A stretch of DNA of 23,886 bases, taken from the IMG/VR virus record IMGVR_UViG_3300036760_001400; one strand, 5' to 3'. Origin of the DNA: an uncultured virus (IMG/VR IMGVR_UViG_3300036760_001400). Lineage: Duplodnaviria; Heunggongvirae; Uroviricota; Caudoviricetes. Numbering within the stretch: position 1 is the stretch's first letter; each line of letters opens with the position of its first letter. A model generated the notes under the pieces. That model was not told the origin of the DNA. It did not search any database and saw nothing but the letters and a program-made list of their open reading frames with translations. This document shows positions 16,802 through 23,886 of the stretch, in pieces. Made by a program: the position numbers and the translations under genes.

Positions 16802-17119
16802 ATGGGCGATCCCCGCTGGTTCCATCGCAACACACTCCTTGAGATGTACCGCTCAAGACCAAGGCTATACTATGAATCGAAAGGAGGCGAAGTGTACGGA
16901 GCGCTTATCTCTCTAAAAGATGGGCAGAAGCACAAGGTCTCTTACGGATGCGATGTCGGCGTATCTCCGTACTGTTTTGTCCTTCGGTTCATCTTCGTAT
17001 GGATCTTTTCCATGGGAGAGGTTGCCGAGATCGAACTGTTCAAGAGCGGAAAGTACTTCGAGTCCTATAGTCCAAGGAAAGGCTGGTTCAACAAGTACAA
17101 GGAGGTGATACCGGATTAA
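16802..17119 (+). CDS. Hypothetical protein (105 aa)
   Basis: RBS aaaggagg before ATG 16802; the upstream in-frame start overlaps promoters. Confidence 0.7.
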   Translation: MGDPRWFHRNTLLEMYRSRPRLYYESKGGEVYGALISLKDGQKHKVSYGCDVGVSPYCFVLRFIFVWIFSMGEVAEIELFKSGKYFESYSPRKGWFNKYKEVIPD

Positions 17120-17141
17120 TAAAGATCGGTTCCTGTGTAGG

Positions 17142-17184
17142 GGGGCGCCGGCAGGCTAGGGCTTGCCAGCGCCCCTTTTTATTT
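17142..17184 (+). terminator. Intrinsic terminator with (C)TAGG loop
   Basis: ggggcgccggcaggc-tagg-gcttgccagcgcccc followed by tttttattt. Confidence 0.7.
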
Positions 17185-17206
17185 CAACCGTACTTTGAGG
17201 GCATTT

Positions 17207-17884
17207 ATGGACAAGAAGAAGACGGGCCATTCTCTCAGGATCCAAGGTGAAAATAAGCGCTTTTGGAACACGGCACTCGAGGCTTATCTGGATAGCGTGG
17301 ACAAGAGGAAAAGGTTCGGGTGGAGCGAGGAGAGCGGTGGAAGGAAGCTCTTCCGTTTCATGGGAGGTAAGCTTCCCGGGAGAATCGAAGACTGGGTTCC
17401 CTGCGATACCAGCGGTCGTCCGAGAGCCATCAAGAATGTGAAGAAGGCGGGCTTGGTCTTGAAAAGGAAACGCGTATCAAAAGTCACCCGCTACTGTCAG
17501 GCTCACGGAAAGTTCGGAGGCTACCAGTGGTCGGGTCATCGCAGGGCGTGCGTTTCCCCGGAACTGACAAAGGAGGAATTTCGGGGCAGCGCCAAGCCTC
17601 TCGATGTCAAGGTGGCTAAGGTGGCCAAGCCGAAGGACTCGAACGGTTATATGACGCTCGAGAGCGTTGCTGGCAAGCTGAATTCTCATGTCAGTGACCT
17701 GGAGTCTCAGAAGGCAGCCGTTGTCTCCAATATGGTTTCTCTCGAATCCGAGATAGACGACCTTTTGAAGAAGATCGAAGTTGCGAGTGCAGCAAGGAAA
17801 ACCCTTGATAACCAGCTCAATGAGCTGGAGGACAAGAAGAAGGATTTCCTCTGTCGTGTGGATCTGGTCTTAGAGGACAAATAG
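17207..17884 (+). CDS. Basic hypothetical protein with C-terminal coiled coil
   Basis: Lys/Arg-rich N-terminal half, CQAH...HRRAC, heptad-rich C-terminus. Confidence 0.75.
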   Translation: MDKKKTGHSLRIQGENKRFWNTALEAYLDSVDKRKRFGWSEESGGRKLFRFMGGKLPGRIEDWVPCDTSGRPRAIKNVKKAGLVLKRKRVSKVTRYCQAHGKFGGYQWSGHRRACVSPELTKEEFRGSAKPLDVKVAKVAKPKDSNGYMTLESVAGKLNSHVSDLESQKAAVVSNMVSLESEIDDLLKKIEVASAARKTLDNQLNELEDKKKDFLCRVDLVLEDK

Positions 17885-17909
17885 CCCTCTCTCCAAATCC
17901 CCAACACTG

Positions 17910-17941
17910 GAGTGGGTGCCCCCGCATGGGGGCACCCACTC
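17910..17941. repeat. 14-bp GC inverted repeat (terminator or processing hairpin)
   Basis: gagtgggtgccccc-gcat-gggggcacccactc. Confidence 0.65.
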
Positions 17942-17971
17942 TCTATTGGAAATATTTCTAGGAGGATTAGA

Positions 17972-18685
17972 ATGCCTTTTGTCACTCACGTAAAGGATCC
18001 GGATCGGATCCCGACCAACCGGAAAGCTGATTGGGGAGTTCCTTCCGGACGCGTACGTCATATCGAAGTCAAAGGAGATCATGCCATCTACGTCATCGAA
18101 GAGGAGCCTTCCGTTGTTCCCGTGATCATGAAAGCGGATGATGGGTATATCTCCCATGACGTATGGCTTCCGTGGAGATACTACGTGATCCGCGCTTACT
18201 CAAATTGCAGGGTCTCCGGAAGACAGCCTGGGTACATGTTCTTTGCAAACAAAAGGATCGAATCCTTGGATGACCGAGGCCTTCTGAAGAGGGCTGTTTT
18301 CCCGAATGTTTATGATGGCGGGGGCATCTGCCTTGGCTATACCGGACATGTCTGGGACAGGACCCCTGTTCGCGCGGCCTGGAGAGCGATCCGGCTTCTT
18401 TATTCGAAACCTGGAAACCAGTGGTTTACGGGAGACTATTTTCCAAGGTCTCTTATGATGGGAAAACTCCTTCCTAAAGAGTGCGACAGAACCCATCGGT
18501 ACGGTTGTACGTACGCTTGCTACTGGTCTATGGCTTCCAAGGAAGAAGTTCTGGAGGTCGCTTGGTTCACTGCACCGTACGTGAGCTTGAGTCACTTCCT
18601 GAGTAACGTGGAATGGGACTTCAATTCCATGAATGTGCTTTCGGAAAGCGAGTTCCAGAAAAGGTTGAGAGAAACCGTTCGGTAA
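17972..18685 (+). CDS. Prokaryotic E2-like protein (Prok-E2_D-like), copy 2, directly upstream of the RT
   Basis: RBS aggagg; MPFVT start like copy 1 (MPFIT); LPWRYY, MFFANKRI, FPNVYDGGGICLG. Confidence 0.72.
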   Translation: MPFVTHVKDPDRIPTNRKADWGVPSGRVRHIEVKGDHAIYVIEEEPSVVPVIMKADDGYISHDVWLPWRYYVIRAYSNCRVSGRQPGYMFFANKRIESLDDRGLLKRAVFPNVYDGGGICLGYTGHVWDRTPVRAAWRAIRLLYSKPGNQWFTGDYFPRSLMMGKLLPKECDRTHRYGCTYACYWSMASKEEVLEVAWFTAPYVSLSHFLSNVEWDFNSMNVLSESEFQKRLRETVR

Positions 18686-18695
18686 TTCCAGAAAG

Positions 18696-19622
18696 GTGGG
18701 CTGGTTGGATATTTCCCTATACAAGACGATCCGAATTCCGAAGAAGCGTGGAATCCGGGTCATCCATGCGCCATGCCCTGAGCTCAAGGAGAAGCAGCGG
18801 CAATATCTCCGGAACGAAGTCATGGGTCACTTGAGATGGCCACGGGGGATCACGGCTTTTCTTCCGGGCCGCTCCATTGTCGATGCCGCTCGTCCTCACA
18901 TCGGAAAGAAGTATCTCGTGGCAATCGATATCAAGGACTTCTTTCATCATGTGACTCCCTACCACATCCTCAGGGCTATGGAATTCGAGAAGTTCCTTCC
19001 AAGAGAAATAGAGACGCGGGCTGCGCCTTTGCCTGTAAACTGGAAAAACGCGGCTCCTCCGAATAGCCTCCTGCAGATCTCTTTTATCCCATCTCCGAAA
19101 GTTCCAGGGGAGTTCTGCCTTCCCCAAGGAAGCCCGCTTTCACCTTATCTGTCCCTCATGGCATCGAAAGCGTTCTACTTCAAGATTCTTTCGATGCTCA
19201 GGAACAAGAAGGTGAAGGCTGATCTTACCGTCTACGCTGACGGCATCTTCCTCTCATCCGATGAGAAGAGGATCATTCCCATCGGGCTTCATGGGGTTGA
19301 AAGGATCCTGGCCAGCGAGCGGTTCAGGCCAAACCGTCAGAAGTTCAGGGTCATGCGAAGTACTGGAGCTCAAAGGGTTTGTGGAATTACCGTCAATCGT
19401 AAGCTCTCCGTTCCAAAGGGAAAGCGCCGGGAGATCCGGGGAAGGGTCCATAACCTCTTTATGGACGCGGTCAACGGCAAAGAAATCGATGTCAATGAGT
19501 TCAGGTTCCTTCAGGGTTTCCTTTCCTTTGCACGGCAGATCGATCAGAACTGGACTTTTGGTTTCGAAAAGTCCATGGCTTACATTCGCCTGACTCTCCA
19601 AGCCAGACATAAAATCAAGTAG
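18696..19622 (+). CDS. Retron-type reverse transcriptase with degenerate active site (YADG); true start may be TTG 18705
   Basis: YKTIRIPKKRGIRVIHAP, AFLPGRSIVDAARPH (NAxxH-like region X), IDIKDFF, LPQGSPLSPYLS, YADGIFLS, NRQK, QRVCGITVN (VTG-like region Y); no maturase X or En domain. Confidence 0.88.
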   Translation: MGWLDISLYKTIRIPKKRGIRVIHAPCPELKEKQRQYLRNEVMGHLRWPRGITAFLPGRSIVDAARPHIGKKYLVAIDIKDFFHHVTPYHILRAMEFEKFLPREIETRAAPLPVNWKNAAPPNSLLQISFIPSPKVPGEFCLPQGSPLSPYLSLMASKAFYFKILSMLRNKKVKADLTVYADGIFLSSDEKRIIPIGLHGVERILASERFRPNRQKFRVMRSTGAQRVCGITVNRKLSVPKGKRREIRGRVHNLFMDAVNGKEIDVNEFRFLQGFLSFARQIDQNWTFGFEKSMAYIRLTLQARHKIK

Positions 19623-19629
19623 TACGGTC

Positions 19630-19774
19630 GGGGAGAGCCGGGTACGCATGATCTGGCTGTGCTGAAGGATGTTCCAGATCAGAAAGGGCGGAACGCCCTT
19701 CATATCCAATGTGCTTCTCCTTGTGGAGAGGCGCGCACTGTAGGGTGATGGACTATCGGTATCCGGCTCTCTCT
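19630..19774 (+). ncRNA. Retron msr/msd-like ncRNA downstream of the RT
   Basis: 16-bp inverted arms ggggagagccgggtac (19630-19645) / gtatccggctctctct (19759-19774, 3 G-U); unpaired G19646; two stem-loops (19649-19681, 19684-19700) and a third hairpin (19711-19734). Confidence 0.65.
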
Positions 19775-19805
19775 CTTCCGATTTCAAGTTCTTTTGGAGG
19801 CTTTC

Positions 19806-20681
19806 ATGAGCACTTCCCAGAATGCAGTCATCCTGTTTGACGGACGCGCCTATTCAGCAGAACTGATTGTTCATGCCTCGATGCCTGTCTCAGAAGCTCT
19901 TAAGGGCATGGACGAGATGGGCGAGACAAAGTTCACCTTCGTGCCTCATGGAGATATCTCCTGCGCGGGGTTCGCACGCTTCGAGGATCGTCGATTCTAT
20001 CTCATGTACTTCCCGCCCAAGCGCCGCCAGCTTATCTGGCGGAACAAGCATAACGACGAGCGCCGCCAGTTCGTCCTGTGGTGGCCGCATGTCTACCTTG
20101 GGATCTTCTTCCGGGGAGGATCGATTGAGGATGGTTACGCGATGGCTTCCAGGAAGAAACTGACATCGCTCCAGGAGAAGCTCTGCCGGCTGCCGCTCCC
20201 AAATCTCGGAAAGAAGTTCGGGCATATCTGCGAGGGGGCTAAGGGAATGTGGAATGTCATGGCCCGTCCCGAGGAGTCGGCTTACCAGTATTCCGACTAC
20301 TTCTTCAAGAGCGAATGGCTCAGCGACATCAATGATCACTGGTCGTTTCTCCCGAAGGATCTGTATCCCGCAGGATGGGACTTCTCGAAACAGATTCCGA
20401 GTGAGAATCAGTATGAAGACCTGAACCAGAAGATCCTTGGAGTCTGGGAAGCCATTTCAGAGACAGACCCGAGAGCTGTCGAGAGGATCCAGTGGCCTGA
20501 GCATTTTACGATCGATGACCTTGTCCAGGCGGAATGGAAGGGAAAAATGACGATCGATGGACAGAGCGGAATCACTCTGGAGCAGATTCAATCGATCCTC
20601 GGAGGCCAGACAGGAGCGGCTCCCGTAGCGGGCCTGACTGGCTTACAAGGCATCGTTACTTTCAATAATCAGAACGCTTAG
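19806..20681 (+). CDS. Prokaryotic E2-like protein (Prok-E2_D-like), copy 3
   Basis: RBS ggagg; PPKRR, WWPHVYL, LCRLPLPNLGKKFGHICEG...YFFKSEW. Confidence 0.72.
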   Translation: MSTSQNAVILFDGRAYSAELIVHASMPVSEALKGMDEMGETKFTFVPHGDISCAGFARFEDRRFYLMYFPPKRRQLIWRNKHNDERRQFVLWWPHVYLGIFFRGGSIEDGYAMASRKKLTSLQEKLCRLPLPNLGKKFGHICEGAKGMWNVMARPEESAYQYSDYFFKSEWLSDINDHWSFLPKDLYPAGWDFSKQIPSENQYEDLNQKILGVWEAISETDPRAVERIQWPEHFTIDDLVQAEWKGKMTIDGQSGITLEQIQSILGGQTGAAPVAGLTGLQGIVTFNNQNA

Positions 20682-20689
20682 GAGGAACC

Positions 20690-20995
20690 ATGAAGTTTCC
20701 GTCACCTCAGTACTTTGGAATTGGGGATGTGAAGAAAGCGGACCGTGATCTCGAATCCGCATTATTTTCGAAGATCTCGGGCCTTGGAGAGAGAGGCAGG
20801 TGGCCTCTCATTACGTCGGTTCTCGAAGCTCCGCAGCTCTTCAAGATCAAGAGTCCCATCCGCCAGGAGATCCTTCTTCTCGTTGGAAGGACCATGGAAA
20901 AGATCGGTTTCTCGGGATCCAAGAAGGACAAGCGTATCGGGTTTCAGCTTTGGAAATGGATGAAGGTTCAGGAACAAAGAGGAGGTCTTTTCTAA
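20690..20995 (+). CDS. Hypothetical protein (101 aa) within cassette 2
   Basis: RBS aggagga; its stop overlaps the JAB-2 start (TAATG). Confidence 0.75.
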   Translation: MKFPSPQYFGIGDVKKADRDLESALFSKISGLGERGRWPLITSVLEAPQLFKIKSPIRQEILLLVGRTMEKIGFSGSKKDKRIGFQLWKWMKVQEQRGGLF

Positions 20996-22641
20996 TGGCT
21001 AAGTACTTCATGACCCCGAAGGGAATCTTCAAGGAGCACCAGGACGATCTTTTCACCGGGATCCTGGAAGCCAAACCTCCGTTCTCATTTCACAAGGAGT
21101 ATGACATTTGCGAGACCGTGGACGATGAGATGGAGGAGAAGCTGTCGCTCAAGTTCCAGAGGATGCCGATCTCAGTCTTTCAGGAGGCTCTTGAATTCCT
21201 TCGCTGGTGTCGGCTGAAGCATCAGTCCGAAGGGTTCGTTGCCCATCGATATTTTGCGGAGACCGGGACCTGGAAGAACTATGTACCGTACCAGGCGACC
21301 TCGGGAACGGCCCTCTGCTATCACATGGAACTCGATTTATCCCAGTCCAGTCGAGTGGCTGCGGATACCCACTCTCATCCTCCAAAGGATGAAAAGGGAA
21401 CGGGTGCAAGCTTTCATTCATCGACGGACGGTCTCGATGAAAGGAAGAACGACGGTCTTTTCATCGTCGTGACCGGGTGGACGCCCATGACCTGCGATCC
21501 TGATATCGTCGGATGTGTCGAGGGAAAGAAGTTCCACCTGAAGCCCGAGCAGTTCTTTGACCTCTCGATCTACAATCCGAAGCCCACGTTTCCAGAGGAA
21601 TGGAAGTCCAGAGTCTCCTCATACCCCTGCACCCATTGTGAACGGAAGCGCGATCTCGATCGCCTTTCGAAGGAGATCTCGGATACCTCCAGAGTGTACG
21701 AGGACGAGAAGAAGTATCGCCTGATTCCAAAAAAGGTTCTCGATCTCCTCAGGAGCGCTCCCAATATCGAGCTTCCGGGGAAGGCGATTATGGAGAGCCA
21801 GAAGGCATACGAACGGCTTATGAGCCCGAACTGGCCTCGCATGTTCCGGTGCGACAATCATGGGTGCGGAAAGCTGCAGTCATTTCTTAATTGCACCGAC
21901 TGCAAGCGTGGGGTCGCGACTACCAAGGTATTCGAGATCATTTCCGACATGATGGATGAAATGTATCTCTTTACCGAAAGAAAGGAGGATGTGGCAACGG
22001 CAACCCTGATCGTCGAGGAATCCCTCAAGAAAGAGCCTGTTCTTCCGGATAAAACGGCAGCGATTACCCCTCCTCCGCATTCACTTCCGGTGAGCGCTTC
22101 TACTGGGGATCTTGGACGTAAGGATGAAAGATCCTCAAGTATTGTTGTCGTATCCACGGACAGGAAATGTGGAAACGATTGCATCTACAATGCAATTCCT
22201 CATGAACACGCTGAGTCTAAATCAACCCTGGAAAAAGCGTGGAGGGCCATGAATACCGAGCCTTCTGCCGCGAAGGTCCGCAGTGTCGTTGGGTGCTCCA
22301 GTAGAGCTTGTGTTGAGAGCAAGCATATCTGGGCGATCTGCGAGCTTCGTAAAAGGTACTTTGAGCTCGTGGTAAAGTGTCCTTCCGATTTCTGCAAGGA
22401 AGGCGGCCATACTTGGGATAGATGTGAGGTGAAAGCGTACCTCATTTCCCTTGTGAAGAGCGGCATCGAGTTCTCTGTTCCAGAAAAGAAGTCTTCGATA
22501 TTAGAGCCTGTCGTGATCGGAGACACGTGTGTCTGCTTGCCGGCATGCAGTATGAGGGAGATTCCCCACAGACACGAGCTCTCGGATGACGCGAAGGCGA
22601 AGGCTTCGAGTGAAATGAGCATGTATGGAGATGGAATGTGA
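20995..22641 (+). CDS. JAB/MPN+ metallopeptidase, copy 2, with a long Cys/His-rich C-terminal region
   Basis: QSEG Glu, ADTHSHP...FHSSTDGLDE; translationally coupled ATG at 20995; multiple CxxC/CxxxC/H clusters. Confidence 0.85.
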   Translation: MAKYFMTPKGIFKEHQDDLFTGILEAKPPFSFHKEYDICETVDDEMEEKLSLKFQRMPISVFQEALEFLRWCRLKHQSEGFVAHRYFAETGTWKNYVPYQATSGTALCYHMELDLSQSSRVAADTHSHPPKDEKGTGASFHSSTDGLDERKNDGLFIVVTGWTPMTCDPDIVGCVEGKKFHLKPEQFFDLSIYNPKPTFPEEWKSRVSSYPCTHCERKRDLDRLSKEISDTSRVYEDEKKYRLIPKKVLDLLRSAPNIELPGKAIMESQKAYERLMSPNWPRMFRCDNHGCGKLQSFLNCTDCKRGVATTKVFEIISDMMDEMYLFTERKEDVATATLIVEESLKKEPVLPDKTAAITPPPHSLPVSASTGDLGRKDERSSSIVVVSTDRKCGNDCIYNAIPHEHAESKSTLEKAWRAMNTEPSAAKVRSVVGCSSRACVESKHIWAICELRKRYFELVVKCPSDFCKEGGHTWDRCEVKAYLISLVKSGIEFSVPEKKSSILEPVVIGDTCVCLPACSMREIPHRHELSDDAKAKASSEMSMYGDGM

Positions 22642-23382
22642 TTGGGAGGAAACGTGGCAGAGCGACCGCCGTTTGATTCGATCGTGGTTGTCGGCCTTGG
22701 GGGGATCTTCTCGAGGCTGTGGCTCAACCTTGGAGACCTGGCTGAATTCACGGAAGCTTCTCCAAAAAGGATCCTCCTGATCGATGGGGATGATGTCGAG
22801 GAAAAGAACGTCTCCCGACAGGGATTTATCCGGACAGACCTGGGGAAAAAGAAGTCGCAGGTCTATGAAGACCGGATGCGCCGTCGATATCCGGCGCTCA
22901 CCATAGCATCCAGGGGTGATTTCCTGACCCCGAAGAACATGAGGGATTTCATTCCGGATCGTTCCATCGTCTTGTCTGCTGTCGATAACAACAAGACGCG
23001 CCTGCAGATCTCAGCGCACGCTCAAGCCCTCAAGGATGTGGTCGTCATTTCCGGAGGCAATGAGATCTGGGATGGAACCGTGTATCTCTATGTCCGTGAA
23101 AGCGGGGTTTCGAAGGTGATGCCGCTTGAAGAGAAGCATGAGAGCGTGAAGAACCCGAAGGACAAGAATCCGGGCGAGATGAGCTGTGAGGAACGTCTTT
23201 CCCAGAAAGGAGGGGAGCAGATTCTGGTTACGAATGCCATGGTTGCGGTTCATATGGCCGCGATGTTCCATGACGTTCTTCGTTCATGGACCGAATGGAA
23301 AGGGAAGGAGGTGAAGAAGACGGGGGAAGTCAGTTTCGATGTTCGGGATTACTGCTCGCTGGGCTATGTACGTAATCCCTAG
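22642..23382 (+). CDS. ThiF/E1-like ubiquitin-activating enzyme, copy 2
   Basis: VVGLGGIFS, LIDGD, NVSRQ, DLGKKKS, AVDNNKTR, ISGGN, NPKDKNPGEMSCEE; clear paralog of copy 1. Confidence 0.9.
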   Translation: MGGNVAERPPFDSIVVVGLGGIFSRLWLNLGDLAEFTEASPKRILLIDGDDVEEKNVSRQGFIRTDLGKKKSQVYEDRMRRRYPALTIASRGDFLTPKNMRDFIPDRSIVLSAVDNNKTRLQISAHAQALKDVVVISGGNEIWDGTVYLYVRESGVSKVMPLEEKHESVKNPKDKNPGEMSCEERLSQKGGEQILVTNAMVAVHMAAMFHDVLRSWTEWKGKEVKKTGEVSFDVRDYCSLGYVRNP

Positions 23383-23455
23383 GAATCCGTGACCTTCGGG
23401 CCTGTCGTCCGAAGGTGGTGCAGTATTGTTGACCCCTATTTTCAAAGGAGCTGCT

Positions 23456-23710
23456 ATGTCGTCACAGGTCAGGTGCGGCCCTCGCTGTGTTCCCCAGAGC
23501 TATCAGTGGATCGGGAAGCAGGTTCAGGAGCTCCGTAGGTTTCTCGCGGGAGACCTTCAGGTTCCGGACGGCGCTCCCGCCACGGTCTCGCGTGACGGCG
23601 GAATGACGTCAGTCTCCGTGCGGGAGGACTACAAGGTCCAGCACGGCGATCTCCTGGAGTTCATCCGTCCGCCGGGAACCAAGGGCGTTCGGATCCTGGT
23701 CCGTTGCTAG
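23456..23710 (+). CDS. Ubiquitin-like protein Ubl-2 (PRTRC protein C-like GTKG motif) with a C-terminal extension
   Basis: RBS aaaggag; ...GDLLEFIRPPGTKG-VRILVRC*; follows E1. Confidence 0.8.
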   Translation: MSSQVRCGPRCVPQSYQWIGKQVQELRRFLAGDLQVPDGAPATVSRDGGMTSVSVREDYKVQHGDLLEFIRPPGTKGVRILVRC

Positions 23711-23744
23711 GAGAGAAGCCTAGCCTGGAAGTGAAGTAAGGGTC

Positions 23745-23774
23745 GGGTGGGTGGGCCGGGAGGCCCACCCACCC
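23745..23774 (+). terminator. Hairpin after Ubl-2
   Basis: 13-bp stem gggtgggtgggcc-GGGA-ggcccacccaccc. Confidence 0.55.
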
Positions 23775-23886
23775 ACTTCAACTGGAAGGAAGAGTCTATA
23801 GGACCTTGAGATGGGAGAGGAAGGAGGTTCCCCAAACCTCTCCCATCTCACAGGCTTCCGCGTGTCCAAAGGTACGGTATCCAACA

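Noticed and set aside
18696..19622. RT as the intron's maturase, a DGR RT or a CRISPR-associated RT
   Set aside because: It has retron-like region X and Y motifs and lacks maturase domain X; no TR/VR repeat pair or cas1 was seen. A trans role in splicing cannot be fully excluded without experiment
20800..20994. Upstream extension of the JAB-2 ORF given in the track
   Set aside because: It overlaps the RBS-led 20690-20995 gene; the TAATG coupling marks 20995 as the more likely start

Overview
Gene-dense, mostly plus-strand, mosaic region that looks like part of a large phage or other mobile element: many small Zn-finger and hypothetical genes, GC-rich hairpins after most genes, two glycosyltransferases and a free-standing HNH endonuclease. 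No structural or replication hallmark gene is present to prove this. The core is a duplicated prokaryotic ubiquitin-like conjugation cassette of the PRTRC / Prok-E2_D type, in the order E2-like, JAB, ThiF/E1, Ubl (11753-15571 and 19806-23710), plus a third E2-like gene (17972-18685). Three features are not visible in the ORF track. (1) Ubl-1 is split by a 594-nt ORF-less group IIB intron (14943-15536) with non-canonical ends. Only the spliced mRNA encodes the conjugatable ...LEFVKETGEKG-C tail. (2) A retron-type reverse transcriptase with YADG in place of YADD sits between two E2 genes and is followed, not preceded, by an msr/msd-like ncRNA bounded by 16-bp inverted repeats. (3) Two long, hairpin-dense non-coding tracts (about 2294-3155 and 11098-11517) are candidate structured ncRNAs of unknown class. 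All calls come from motif reading by eye; no searches were run.
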